This document shows, one piece after another, positions 14,046-28,297 of a stretch of DNA of 64,000 bases (positions are counted from its first letter, which is position 1; every line of letters begins with the position of its first letter). Under the pieces are notes generated by a model, which saw nothing but the letters and a program-made list of their open reading frames with translations, was not told the DNA's origin and did no database searches. Position numbers and translations under genes: made by a program. The stretch is from the human T2T-CHM13v2.0 reference genome, Homo sapiens. The DNA is taken from NCBI RefSeq assembly GCF_009914755.1, contig NC_060925.1. One strand, 5' to 3'.

Positions 14046-17000
14046 TCAAAAAAAAAAGAAATATAAAGCACTATATAAATATAATACAAATGTATTATTC
14101 TTACATTGGACATTTTTTATATTTTGCCCTAAAGTTTTCTGTGCAATTTGTTTTATTTCATTTCCCATTTTCCTAACCAGTTACTTTTGTTTTGTTTTTA
14201 CCTCCAAAACTCCTTTAAGTACTTTATGTGCCTCATCATCTCTCAGTGTTTAATTTGGTGTTGCTCTATTTCTCCATGCCTTCTCTCTAATGCTGTTTCT
14301 AGCTCCCTCCACATCCCCCTCTTGGGGTGCCTGCTCCTTCCTCTGAGCACTCTGCCAGTGTTGTCTTTCCTGCAGCTCGAAGCTAACAAGACCCTGAACT
14401 GCTGCTTCTCTAGGACCTCAGAGCTTAGTGTTTTGTCAGCTTCAAGCTGTTTTGGAGAAAGTGTTGGCTTATTTCTCAGCTGTAGCATTGACTTAGCAAG
14501 TCTTTCTTCTAAACTTGTAAATAATTCATTTCAGGTCAAGTTTTGCTACCAGAAACTTTTCCCAGTAAATAACAAGTTTCTTTATCTCCAGTAAGAAAGT
14601 ATGGTTTTGTGGTAATAGTGGTGAGCAACTTATTAATAAAAGATAAGTTCTATAATAGGAAGGGATAAGCCTTCCACTTTGGTACAACTCTTATTTTGCT
14701 ACTATTTTTTGATAGGGAGCAAAGTAAAGAATTATAGTGGTAACACAACTTCCTGCCCTTTACAAAGCCCATCAATAGGAAGTATTATCAAAAGCTTTGA
14801 GAGATAAGCCAAACCTCAAAAGGATACTAATACTCCTTTGTCTTGATTTGTTTCATTCCAGGTCCTCTAATAACTTAAATAATTGAAGAAATGGAGGTAG
14901 TTGAAACAACAAAAACATAAGCACGTAACAGGCTTCTGAGAGCAAGCTTACTGATTTTCATTTGCTGGAACCACGCCAAATGTGGGCTATGGCGTCTCAA
15001 CAGGATTTCCAGTCACTTCAAACTGTCATTGTCTGAGCTGCCCCAGTGACTGGATTGAGATCAGGAGTTTCAAGCATTCTGTTTGGCCACTGCAAGCCAA
15101 AAGGAGTGATGGCTGCAAGGCATAAAAGGGTACAGACTCTCTCTGACTAGCAAAATTGAAAGCCCAGCCAGCCACAATCAGGCTGGCTTAAAGCATAGTT
15201 TATTTTCTCTTGTCAATCTCAGCAAACCCTATTTGTTGTTGGCGTTTCAACGAGCAAGACTTATTAAGGGTGAAATGTCAATCTTGGGCCTTGCTCTACC
15301 TTGTCCCAGGTCAGTAGGCAACCAAAGTGGTCATTCTAGCAAGTAGCATTTTGCAATCATAAGTGCTTATGTGAACCCAATCTGAGAAATGATTTATGTT
15401 GACAAAAGAGTAAGAGAGCAAATGTATAAAGCAAAAAAGAGATGGACAAAAGAGAAAAAGTGCTTCAAAGGAACTAAGCCAGAGGAATTTCATATATAAA
15501 AATATATATGAATTAATTTTATATGCTTTACTCAGGAAAAGACACACATACATACCACAAAAATGTAAGAATAATTGAAAATAGAGTCTTCTTGAAACAT
15601 ATTTAGGAATTTGAACAAATGTCTGTTCTTTAAAGTTACGGGAGTGGGTAGAGCTTTATGACACTGTGTGGGGATATGGGGGATAGAGGAGTCAGAGAAA
15701 CCATAACATTAAACAGATGCATAAAAATAATATTAGAGTATTTTATGGATGACACAGTTATAGTTTTTAAAAATGATTTTTAAAGACCCCTTTGAAATTG
15801 AGATTTGAATTATACATAAATATAGCCACAGGACTTCTAAAATTCTATACCACCGTTCGATTGTAATCTAAAAGGGATGCCAAAAGTGCATAAGCAGAAG
15901 CCCATGTAACTTCTTCACAGTAAAAATTACTAATATAACAGGGACTGAAATGAAAAGAGCTGGCAATGCATTTTCCCCCCAGCATATCAAGCAGGTTTTC
16001 ATAAGGAAGCTGTGGTCATCAATCACTACCTCATTACCAGCCCGTCATCTGGGCTTAGGCTAAATGTATTCTGGCTGGCTGCCATACTAAATGTTCAATG
16101 AAACATCCTTAAGGCTCTCTACAAGTTCAGCTGAAGTCGCACATGCTATACATCAAAGAGGAACATTAGCGTTATCATAGCTTAATAAATAGTGCCATTC
16201 CAGCGATGTAATCCTGTGTTCTAGAGCTATCTACCATCCCCAGTATTCTACTGCTTAAGTAAACAATCTTTCTGTCTCCTGTGAGGTTTATTTAATGATA
16301 AATACATGTAGAGATAATTAGTCATACTACTACTGATATACAAATGTACTTCTAAACTTGCTGAAACCTGGACATGAATGAGAGTAACAAATATTTTAAG
16401 ACACACAATACATTTACAAAATCTGTCTTGGAATATTAATCATACATGTACATTGCTATTCATCAATGATATTTTGACTCTCATTGGAAAAGTTTTAAGC
16501 CAAATAATGACCCCAATCTTACTTCTGACTTCCCCAAGTTCAACTGATTGAAATGTTGTGCAAATAAGCAACCATTTCCTTATTGAAATGGTCAACAAGG
16601 ACCTCAGTTAAAACAATGGTCTCAGGATTTTTAATATATTTACAGGTGTCACTACCTTCATTTGTATAAACTATCCTCAGATAAAAAGACTAAAAGATGG
16701 GTTTTTTAAAAGACGAAAATTAGACAAAATTGTTTTAGATCACTCAACATTTTTACAATTGCTGGTCAATCTTAGATTGGTCTTTAGAGCCTAAAGATAG
16801 AGCCAACATTCACATTACTAAATAAAATGTCCCTGGCTTCTCTCCAAGTTTCAGAAACACACGTAATCTTAGCACAAAAAAAATGGGGCATACTTTTCAA
16901 ACTGTATCAAATTTGCCCAGGCCACATGGCTTTCTTTAGTTTTCCTGCTAATCACATGCTATTGATTAAAAGCCAAAAAAATAATATTTGAGAGACCTGA

Positions 17001-17447
17001 AAGGTGAACCTAAAATGTGAAGTAAACCATGTTTATAAGAATTTTGGGTCAAGATAGGATATGACAACAATAAGTTATATTCAATAAGAAAGAAAAAGAC
17101 TTAGGGTCAAATATGAGATAAAGATTATTTTGGACCACGAAATGAGACAGAAATATAAAGTAGCAAGCAATCTTAAGGCCCCTATAATGTAAAGGGAACT
17201 AAAAGCGTCATGGGGATCTAGAACCAGGTTTTCCCTGAAAGCCTGGGCCTAGGGTAGTATTAAGCTGCCAAAGATAAGTGGCCAAAACTGTTGCCAACAC
17301 ACTGACTGCAATTTTGACTTTATTTTAAAATGGGAACCTAGAGAGAGTGGGAGGGCATAGACACAGCCTCTTCACTATTAATCAAACCAAATCATCAACG
17401 ATTTTAGACATCACTGTGGGAAGAAGCCCCACAACACATTATTAAGA

Positions 17448-17971
17448 TGTTGGGAAAAAAAACCAAAAAACTTTTCTTGTATCCTCATAGGTTCTGTCAA
17501 GGGGGCCTGCAAATTAAACTAACAAAAGCTAGGTAAGAGAAAAGGTCTAAAATTTTTATTAATATTTACATGGATAGGAATTCACAGAAAACAAGTGAAA
17601 TTCAAGTGGTTAGATTCAGGGGCTTATATGCCTTTTAAAAGGGGGCATTAGGCTTCAAGGGATGATTAACTCATGGGGAAGTGGCTAGACAATATATGGG
17701 GGAATTAATGGAATAGTCGGGTTATATTAGTAAGGTTTATTCGTGCAAACTCGTTTCAGCGTTGACTCCCCATTTGCAGTGATAAGAGTTGTTCTTCCTT
17801 TCTTGGTGCCAGGCTAGGGAGGGAGAGCCTTCACAAAGGAAAATTTATGCCCTGCTTTTAGACAGATAAGGGGAAAGAAGATAACTCTTCCTGCATCTTC
17901 TGCTTCTCAACTGGGCTTCAGCTCGAAAATCATCCTTATGCCAAAGTAGAATATTTTGCAGTAGATTCTCA
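17448..17971 (-). mobile_element. ERV1 solo LTR (MER31/MER67-like)
   Basis: gggggcctgcaaattaaactaacaaaag...cagctcgaaaatcatccttatgccaaagtagaatattttg. AATAAA on - at 17555-17560. Confidence 0.7.
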
Positions 17972-18149
17972 TTGAAGACCTGATAAGAACTAGAGTCCTG
18001 AAGGAACAGGTGAAGAAACTGCTAAACCACTAAATAGGAAGGACAGTTTATAGATGAGGAGAGAGAAGAAAGTAAAGCCAACATGAATTTACAAATTCCT
18101 ATTAAAAATAAGCCTGAAAACCCAAACTCAAATCCTGTAAAAGATTCTA

Positions 18150-18750
18150 ATGCTAAGAACAAAAACCAAGTAAGTCAATAAGTGAATCATGAATTCACAG
18201 AATTTAAATTAATTTTAAGGAACACCAACAAAAACTTTGAAATAAGTATGTCAATGCTTAAAATGGAAACTGACACACTGGCTTTTATCAAAATGAAGCA
18301 TCAATTTATGACACAAAAAGAAAAATAATTAAATATAAAACAACAGATTTGAAGAAAATAACTAATACATAACAATAGAAAACATATATAATCATCAAAA
18401 TAAAAATAACTAAAAAGATAATTCTTACTCTGAAGATGTCAAAGCAGTAATTAGTGATGATACCAAGAAATTCATCCACAAGGTAGAGGAAAAAGCCATG
18501 AATAAGTAGGTGGAAGATACAAAATATAACAACAGATGTCTTATAAGCACCAAAGAATAAAATAGAAAGAGAAACACTATTTGAAAAAATTGTAGGTGAG
18601 CATTGTGCAGTATTTGACACTGGTGGCCACAGTAGGCATACACGTTTCTGCAAGGCATATAGAATAGCATCAGAACAAAGCCTATTCACTGTCTGGATAT
18701 AGTAAAACTGACAATATCAGGAGTTTTAGGGACAAAGAGAAGCCCCTCAG
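18150..18750 (+). mobile_element. Ancient L1M/HAL1 ORF1-region remnant
   Basis: Very A-rich decayed coding-like sequence (actatttgaaaaaattgtaggtgag, atagtaaaactgacaatatc). Confidence 0.5.
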
Positions 18751-18974
18751 GACCAAATCTAATCTTATCCATCTAGTTGCAATTGCTTGAAATTCCTTTA
18801 ACTAGAGACAAAGCCTTTCAATCTATAGCTAGAGATAAAGGGCTTAAAATGCAAATAACCAGGGAGAAAAAAAATGTGTTCAGTCCATGTTCTGTTTACT
18901 TAAATGGAGTGTTGAAAACAGTGAGGAGACACAGAGGTGCCATTGAGAGTGATGCCTCTGAAGAGAAACGCTGG

Positions 18975-19370
18975 AGTGGCACTGCCTCAGGCCCAGGCTA
19001 GCTTGATCCTTGGCTCCAGAGTTTAAAAGGCACTGACCATAGAGGACACTGCTCTTCTTTGGCTGTACCTTAGGATAAGGAATTATGTAGGGACCGATAT
19101 ATATGCCCACCTCAAGCCCGCACCTTCCTTCCTCCCATTTAATTGTGGGAATTCCATTCCCAAAAGGCTGAACCTGTTTCCAGGGCCTTTGTGAGGCACA
19201 GTCTATTCCTTAGTGTTCCATCCCTAGAGTGACGTGTCTACATACCAAGAGCTAGGGGTGGCCAGGGTGCAGTTCTTGGGATGGGAGAGGAATGTACTGC
19301 CTACTTCTCCCTCAGTGGCTCCGCCATGGGATTATGTGTTAACGATGTAATTGGCACCCACAGTTTAAGA
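18975..19370. mobile_element. hAT-Tip100 element (MER115-like)
   Basis: Locally GC-richer block with atgcccacctcaagccc and gggaattccattcccaaa resembling MER115. Confidence 0.45.
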
Positions 19371-19682
19371 CCACCAGTGTGGTTCTTGCCTAAATAATGA
19401 ATTTACTTACAAATTGCACTGAAATTATTCTCTAGCTATTAAATACATGGATGCATTTCTTAATCAACTAGCATGGAATTCTTCAAGGGCAGGGAATACG
19501 TCTGCTAAAATTATTCAACTATCCTCAGTGTCTATATTGTACATGTAGAGTGTATTCAAAAATTAATGTCAAACAATTTAAAAGGAAAGATACTGACATT
19601 CTCATTAACTCAACTCATTATGTCTAAAGTTGAAGAAATTGTCCCGTCCCAAAAACTAGATATTTTTCTGTTCCTCATAATT

Positions 19683-20024
<342 letters not shown>

Positions 20025-20249
20025 TCACTAAGCCAGGCTCACTTAGCATCATTTTTGGCTTCATTCCCATCTCTCACTCCAAGCATATAGTAGTTACTAA
20101 GTCAATCATCCAAGTAATAATATCAAAGTAATAATACCAATTAATGAAGTCATACTGTTGATCCTATTTCATCCCTTTTTCCCACTTTCATTTCCATTTC
20201 AACTGGCCCCACCTTTCTCTAGGTCTCTATTTCTTACTCCTAGATTACA

Positions 20250-20410
20250 ATCATCACATCTGAGTCCTACCGCTTACAGCTGTGTTACCCTGGGCAAGTC
20301 ACCCGACCTTTCCAATTTCATGATCTTTATAAATAAAATATAGATAAAAATCCACCAAATAGAATTGTGCAAAATTAAGTATGATTTATTTATGTTTCTT
20401 AGTGCCTGAC
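20250..20410 (+). mobile_element. MIR
   Basis: cttacagctgtgttaccctgggcaagtcacccgaccttt core. Confidence 0.65.
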
Positions 20411-20824
20411 AAGAACACTTTTAGGATTACTTGCATTTGCCATTTTTATATGAAAGAGGACATGGGCAAATGAAGACATATAATATGTGAATTATCATTT
20501 TTATAATTATTATTTAAAATCATCATTAATAACAAACTTTTGCTTCCCCACTTCTCTGAGATCAACACAGCTTTACAATGTTATTTTCTACCGAAGAGTC
20601 TTGAATGCTTCCCCAGTAATGTCTGAATTCTTTAATCTCTGTAACAAGTGAAAAGTTCTTATTCATATTATCTTAACACTAGAAATGAGAAGTTCACTCA
20701 GTGAATGAGGGCATTGTCTCTCCCATGAAATGCCTTGACAAACCTACCCAGGGTCAGTAAGAAATCCTGTGAGCATGGATGGCAGGCATACAATGTTGCA
20801 AAATGCCAGGGACCTTGATTCACT

Positions 20825-21385
20825 GTGTGGGAACCCACTCAGGTCCCCAGAGTTGGTATAAGAAATTAAATTGAAGGTATTTGAGATTCAACCAATGCAG
20901 AAAAAAACATTGTTGGAGCTTTCCCAATTTGACTAAAAGCAGAAACTTCTGGGAAATGAGGCTGCCATAAATTCCATCTTCTGGGTGGCTTCTACTCCCA
21001 GGAAGAAGACTAAGAGTACAGCTACCATAAATCCTCTCTTCAGGAGAGTTTCATGGCATGAAGAAGAAGGAAAAACCACACACACCTCATAAATGAACAT
21101 TATCACAAACTTTATCTCCCATTTGTTCTCCTCAAAACCAATTTGTCTTTCCTAAAGAAACCTACTTGTTATTCCCATAGAAGCCTTCCCCCACTCCCCT
21201 ACTAAGTTGGGTATATTAGGCTTTAACTTTAACCATTTATCCAGCTACCTACTTCTTTTGTTAGCTCCTTTATGCATATGAATAAACCTTTTTTCCTTCT
21301 GATAATATCTTTTGGCAGTTTATTTTATAGACCCCCCAGACACTGAACATAAGAGAGTACAGGAAAAGTTTTCCCCCCCTCAACA
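20825..21385 (+). mobile_element. ERV1 solo LTR (MER34/MER39/MER90-like)
   Basis: TG...CA ends, gtatat box, aataaa, and terminus actgaacataagagagtacaggaaaagttttccccccctcaaca. Confidence 0.7.
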
Positions 21386-22426
21386 ACACAAAATACCCTA
21401 AGGTTGGCAAGCACCCAGAAAACCAGGCAAAGGACTAAAGAGCTTTGCCTTAGACCAGGAGACATATATATTATTTTGCTCCAAGACAAACAAGAAAGAA
21501 GTGAGAAAAGAGAAAGGGCAGAAAGAAGACAACAAAGGAAATAGGTGAGATGTAATTTCACGAAGGGAACAAGTGTGATAGCCAACGAATATTTTAAGAA
21601 CAGTGATGCCTACTCTGCTTTCTAATTAATATTTTTATTACTTTACTATACATCTCTTTTCCAATTCCTTTAAAATATTTCAGGAAAATACTAACCTTAC
21701 TGATGGATTTTGTGCAAATCTATACTAAGGATCATTCTGAAAGGATGGAATAGAGAACAGATAAACCAAGACCTTTTGTTGACAAGGTCTCTTTTGCTTG
21801 AAGGGTGCGCTAAATGCAATACGTTGTGCCCAGCATCATTTCTCTGAATTTGCCTGATGAGCCCTTGGTGTTCACTCTAAGCACATGTACTGTATCTCAT
21901 GTAACATTAAATATTAATGGTGTTCTCATAAAACTTGCTCTCTTCCTTGGCCTTGACAAGTCTAGAACTTGTGTTTCCAATTTGTTGAGACCAAGGAAGA
22001 GAACAAGTTTTCATCTGGAAGGCAGAAGGTTTTACAGATGAGAATCACATGCATAACATTTTCAAAATGTACATACAGTGAGGGTAAAAACCCTCACTGT
22101 CAGCTCAGCATACCAGGATTTGGTCAAGAGAGGCACACAGACATATGTACATTGGCACATCCCCTGAAGTTATGCTCTCATTTATTTCCACAGAGAACTA
22201 TGCCCTGGGAAGCCATGCCTGACAGAATAAGACACAGATGTTTTTGCACATGTGGGTACTTGTGGCAAATCATTATGTCACCTAGGAGAAGCTACTTTCT
22301 AAATTAATGGCCATCAACAAGCTTACCAACTCTTTATTATTGATCATATAGACTAAGCCATTATGAAAATTCAAGAATTAAGTTGAAAGCTCCTGGTATT
22401 GAGTGAGAGAAAATCTTCATATTGGA

Positions 22427-22835
22427 TGACTTAGTCCATTTTGCATTGCTATAAAGGAGTACCTGAGACTGTGTAATTTATAAAGAAAAGAAGTTTATTT
22501 GCCAATGCAGGCTGTACTAACATGGCACTCATATCTGTTTGGCTTCTAGTGAGGCCTCAGTAGACTTACAATCGTGGCAGAAGGGAGGGGGAGCTGGTAT
22601 GTCACACGGTGAGAGAGAGAGCAAGAGAGAAAGGAGGAAGTGTCGGGCTCTTCTTAAAAACCAGGTCTCATGTGAACTTACAGGGTGAGAACTCACTCAA
22701 TGCAAGGACAATGCCAAGCTATTCATGAGGGATCTAGTCCCATGATTCAAACACCTCCCACTAAGCCCCAACTCTAACAATGAGGACCACATTTCAACAT
22801 AAGATTTGGATGGGATAAACATCCAAACCATATCA
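22427..22835 (-). mobile_element. MaLR solo LTR (MSTB-like)
   Basis: ttagtccattttgcattgctataaaggagtacctgagact...aaacatccaaaccatatca. Confidence 0.88.
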
Positions 22836-22959
22836 TTTGGAGATGGTATCATAACGGTTTCAATATATATTTTTGAAGCTTTAAAAACATATTTTTAGCC
22901 ACAGAACAGTCCTGCATTGTTACCCATCAGCAGTGTAGTAAGGCAAATCTTCTTTGTAG

Positions 22960-23165
22960 GCAGTTGATGAGGCAGAAGATATACAGACACTGGGTTGCAT
23001 TCAACCAGCACTACCCATTTGCTAACTGTAAGGCACACAGTTTTAAATAATCTTGGTGTCTCTATATACAAAACAGAAATAAGACTATTCTCAGGATTGC
23101 AATAATGACTTAAAAATACATTATAGATGATTGGTATATATATGTAAACAGTTAATAAATTCTAT
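22960..23165 (+). mobile_element. MIR
   Basis: cagacactgggttgcattc...tctctatatacaaaacagaaataag...caggattgc. Confidence 0.5.
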
Positions 23166-24167
23166 TGCTTACTGTTATTGATAATGCCATTATTACAAAA
23201 TATGTGTGTGTACTAAATTAAAAATAATATTCTATTACCTTTTGTTTTCTACCGCTCCATGGCTCAGACACTGAAAAAAATTATTGTACTCTATTCACTA
23301 TTAACTGTTATTTTGTGTGTGTATTTTCAGTTGCTTTCCTTCATCTTATATTTTTCTTACTTATATAAATTTTGGAAAAAAAATGTAAGCACTATGCATT
23401 TTTAAAAGTATAAATAAGAGTTTAATTTACTAGAGGTTTTTAAAAATCTCCTTCCTAGTGATAATTAAGGTGATGTGCTATATCAAATAATCAATGGTCT
23501 CATTAAAAACAAGACCCCAATCTTATAAATAGTCTATGAAGCTGGGTCCTTCAGCGTTATAAGGGTGTGTGTATGTGAACTTAATTTCATATAATTGGTA
23601 GGTAAACAAAGAAATAAGATTTTCAGATAAAACATTGATTCCAATTATCTCATTGTTAATTCAAGAAACTACTATGGAGGCTTTAATACCAATTTTTTTA
23701 AAATACATGGTCAAATTAGATCCTCAAACGCATGTGTATGAACAGATGACGCAGAACATGCCTATTCAAGACAACATGGTTTCTGAGTGACACTGATTAA
23801 CAATCTTGTGAAAGCTGGCCTTTATTCTACTCAACTTAACTGAAACAATGGGGCAGAAATGGTGTTTTTGCCATATCACAAATATGAAGTTAATTTTCAA
23901 AACAAAAGCAACCCAAAGTTAATCAGACATCAGAAAATCTATCTGTCTAGTCTTCATATATAACTGACAACTCATTAAAATGTTTAAATACATACTAATG
24001 AAGTCAAGTTACGTAGTGACTTACAGATTTAAAGGGTACAAATTCTTCGATTTGTTTTTAAGAAAAAACTTCTAAGAAAATGGCATTTTCCAAATCCAAT
24101 TGTTGCATTTAAGATTTTTTTTTATTATTGCTTCCAGCTTCTTGTAGAAGCATTTTTACTTACAAAT

Positions 24168-24480
<313 letters not shown>

Positions 24481-25334
24481 AATTTATTTACTTTCTGTTA
24501 GATTATTAGAGTCTGTAATTGTAAGTTATGTAACCACACCATGAATTAACAGGCTTGAGGGCTTTCCCTGAAAGATGGGCAAAAGGTGGGACAGAGCCTG
24601 AGTTTTCCACAACTGCTACTGCCATGAAGTTCCTGCCCCTTTACACAAGTGGTCCCTCATAAAAATTTCCCCTGGGTGAAAAAAAATGGTCACTTCAATA
24701 GAAAAGTCACAGAGGCCAAAACAGTGATAGAAGAAAAGCATGACTCATACTTGGCCCTGTTGCTTGAGGCACCAAGATATGACATTTAGTATAAGTAATT
24801 TGTTTATTCTTGCCTGCTATGATTTTAATGGGTGGGCCTTCTAGCATAAAATTCTTCTAGCATAAACTTTTCCTCTTCAATTTGAAAAGGGAGCCATAGG
24901 CTCCCAGTTTTTCTTAGATGAAGGATATGACTACCTGTCTGGCACATGGATGGAGTGTAAAAGCTATATGGCACTGCTGAGACTGTCCTCAGGCTTGCAT
25001 GGGGGAACATACCAAATGATCATTTCTTTATACACAGTTGATTAGATGGGGGATGAACGCCTAATCTAGTTCCTGATTTCTGACAAATCCACCCAGATAT
25101 TGTACACAGTGCGTAGTGGGCAATTTGGCTGAAATCTGGTGCAAAGTACAGGACTGAGAACTTCTTTTGGAGACATATATAATGAGCACATATAAAGGTG
25201 CAGAGGAAAGGAAGGGGATGGAGATAGAAGAAACAAAAAGTGACAGATCAGATATAAAAGACTTTCTAACCACCAAATAAAGAAAGATTTTACTTCTACT
25301 CCTGATATTTTCCAGTTCCGCTTTCATTTCCTAC

Positions 25335-27995
25335 ATAATCCATCACATAAACAGAACCAATGACAAAAAGCCACATGATTATCTCAATAGATGCAGAAAG
25401 GGCTTTCGATAAAATTCAACACCACTTCATGCTAAAAACTCTCAATAACCTAGGTATTGATGGAACGTATCTCAAAATAATAAGAGCAGTTTATGATAAA
25501 CCTACAGTCAATATCACACTGAATGGGCAAAAGCTGGAACCATTCCCTTTGAAAACCAGTAGAAGACAAGGATGCCCTCTCTCACCACTCCTATTCAACA
25601 CAGTATTGGAAGTTCTGGCCAGGGCAATCAGGCAAGAGAAAGAAATAAAGGGTATTCAATTAGGAAAAGAGGAAGTCAAATTGTCCCTGTTTGCAGATGA
25701 CATGATTGTATATTTAGAAAACCCCATCGTCTCAGCCCAAAATCTCCTTAAGCTGATAAGCAAATTCAGCAAAGTCTCAGGATACAAAAATCAATGTGCA
25801 AAAATCACAAGCATTCTTATACACCAATAACAGACAAACCAAGAGACAAATCATGAGTGAACTCTCATTCACAACTGCTACAAAGAGAATAAAATACCTA
25901 GGAATACAAATTACAAGGGGTGTGAAGGACCTCCTCAAGGAGAACTATAAACCACTGCTCAAGGAAATGAGAGGACACAATCAAATGGAAAAACATTCCA
26001 TGCTCATGGAGAGGAAGAATCAATATGGTGAAAATGGCCATAGAGCCCAAAGTTTACAGATTCAGTGCGATCCTCATCAAGCTACCATTGACTTTCTTCA
26101 TAGAAAAAAAAATTGTTAAATTTCATATGGAACTAAAAAAGAGTAAGTATAGCCAAGAAAACATTAAGCATGAAGAACAAAGCTGGAGGCATCATGCTAC
26201 CTGACTTCAAACTATACTACAGGGCTACAGTAACCAAAACAGCATGGTACTGGTACCAACACAGATATATAGACCAATGGAACAGAACAGAGGCCTCAGA
26301 AATAATGCCACACATCTACAACCATCTGATCTTTGACAAACCTGACAAAAACAAGAAATGGGGAAAGGATTCCTTATTTAATAAATGTTGTTGGGAAAAC
26401 TGGCTAGCCATATGCAGAAAACTGAAACTGGATTCCTTCCTTACACCTTTTACAAAAATTAGCTCAAGATGGAAATCATCATTCTCAGTAAACTATCGCA
26501 AGAACAAAAAACCAAACACCGCATGTTCTCACTCATAGGTGGGAATTGAACAATGAGAACACATGGACACAGGAAGGGGAACATCACACTCTGGGGACTG
26601 TTGTGGGGTGGGGGGAGGGGGGAGGGATAGCTTTAGGAGATATACCTAATGCTAAATGACGAGTTAATGGCTGCAGCACACCAGCATGGCACATGTATAC
26701 ATATGTAACTAACCTGCACATTGTGCACATGTACCCTAAAACTTGAAGTATAATAATAATAAAATTAAATTAAATTAAATTAAATTAAATTAAGTTACAT
26801 TAAATTTAAAAGATGGATTAAAGACCGAAATATAAAATCTAAAACCATAAAAACCCTAGAAGAAAACCTAGGCAATACCATTCAGGACATAGGCATGGAC
26901 AAAGACTTCATGACTAAAACACCAAAAGCAATGGCAACAAAACCCAAAATTGACAAATGGGATCTAATTAAACTAAAGAACTTCTGCACAGCAAAAGAAA
27001 CTATCACCAATGAACAGGTGACCTACAGAATAGGAGAATTTTTTTGTAATCTATCCATCTGACAAAGGGCTAATATCCAGAAACTACAAGGAACTTAAAC
27101 AAATTTATAAGAAATAAGCAAACAACCCCATCAAAAAGTGGGCAAAGGATAAGAACAGACACTTCTCAAAAGAAGACATTTATGTGGCTAACAAGCATAT
27201 GAAAAAAAGCTCATCATCCCTGGTCATTACAGTAATATAAATCAAAATCACAATGAGATACTATCTCATGCCAGTTAGAATGGCAATCATTAAAAAGTCA
27301 GGAAACAACAGATTCTGGAGAGGATGTGGAGAAATAGGAACACTTTTACACTGTTGGTGGGAATGTAAATTAGTTCAACCATTGTGGATGACAGTGTGAC
27401 AATTCCTCAAGTATCAAGAACTGGAAATACCATTTGACCCAGCAATCCCATTACTGGGTATATACCCAAAGGATGATAAATCATTCTACTATAGACACAT
27501 GCACATGTATATTTATTGTGGCACTGTTTACAATAGCAAAGACTTGAAACCAACCCAAATGGCCATCAATGATAGACTGGATAAAGAAAATGTGGCACAT
27601 ATACACCATGGAATACTATGCAGCCATAAAAAAGGATGAGTTCATGTCCTTTGCAGGGACATGGATGAAGCTGGAAACCATCATTCTCAGCAAACTAACA
27701 CAGTAACAGAAAACCGAACACTGCATGTTCTCACTCATAAGTGGGAGTTGAACAATGAGAACACATGGACGCAGGGAGGGGAACATCACACACCAGGGCC
27801 TGTCAGGGGTTGGGGGGCTAGGGGAGGGATAGCATTAGGAGAAATACCTAATGTAGATGAGGGATTGATGGGTTCAGCAAACCACCATGGCACGTGTGTA
27901 CCTATGTAACAAACCTGCACGTTCTGCACATGCAACCTAGAACTTAAAGTATAATAAAAAAAAGAAAATTGTATTTTTAAAATCTGAAAAAAAAA
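25335..27995 (+). mobile_element. L1PA7-like 5'-truncated LINE-1 (RT domain to 3' end), frameshifted
   Basis: ORF 25360-25830 carries RT motifs ([23 protein letters not shown]), with a frameshift near 25790. The 3'UTR (ggctaggggagggatagcattaggagaaatacctaatgtagatg) is followed by poly-A. Confidence 0.95.
26474..26809 (+). mobile_element. Young L1 3' end (L1PA3-like) nested in the older L1
   Basis: 3'UTR cacactctggggactgttgtgggg...gctaaatgacgagttaatgg, with a (TAAAT)n tail. TSD aagatgga at 26466-26473 / 26810-26817. Confidence 0.92.
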
Positions 27996-28297
27996 GAATC
28001 ATCCTTTATTTGAGCTCACTGCAATGGTTTTCTACACAGAAGTCTTCTACTGAGAACCACAGAAAACATCTGTATTGAATGCTATGTCTGTATATGGGGG
28101 AACTTGGAAAAGAAAATTTCAAGCTTTTCAATCTCCAATGATTAATAAAAATAAAACTGTAATTTTATATATCTACCAAAAGATCATGTTAAAAATTCTT
28201 GCCATCGCTTTCTGACCCTTGGTTTCAGGTAACTATATGTTGCAAATAATTTGAGTATATACATCAGATGGTAATACATTATAAAGTGAATTTTCCA

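Noticed and set aside
14148-14594. Overlapping ORFs (148 aa on +, 81 aa on -, the latter charged and coiled-coil-looking)
   Set aside because: No recognisable protein similarity and no convincing splice boundaries. An in-frame stop lies just upstream on the - strand. Consistent with chance.
18306-18689. Hydrophobic membrane-protein-like ORFs (also 30073-30375)
   Set aside because: Artefact of T-rich strands of decayed L1/HAL1 sequence, which give F/L/I/V codons.
25360-26538. Reverse-transcriptase ORFs as an active or novel retroelement
   Set aside because: Ordinary L1 ORF2 fragments: 5'-truncated, frameshifted and interrupted by a nested insertion.
25300-28010. Target-site duplication for the L1PA7-like element
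   Set aside because: I found no convincing flanking duplication by eye and cannot tell decay from target-site deletion.
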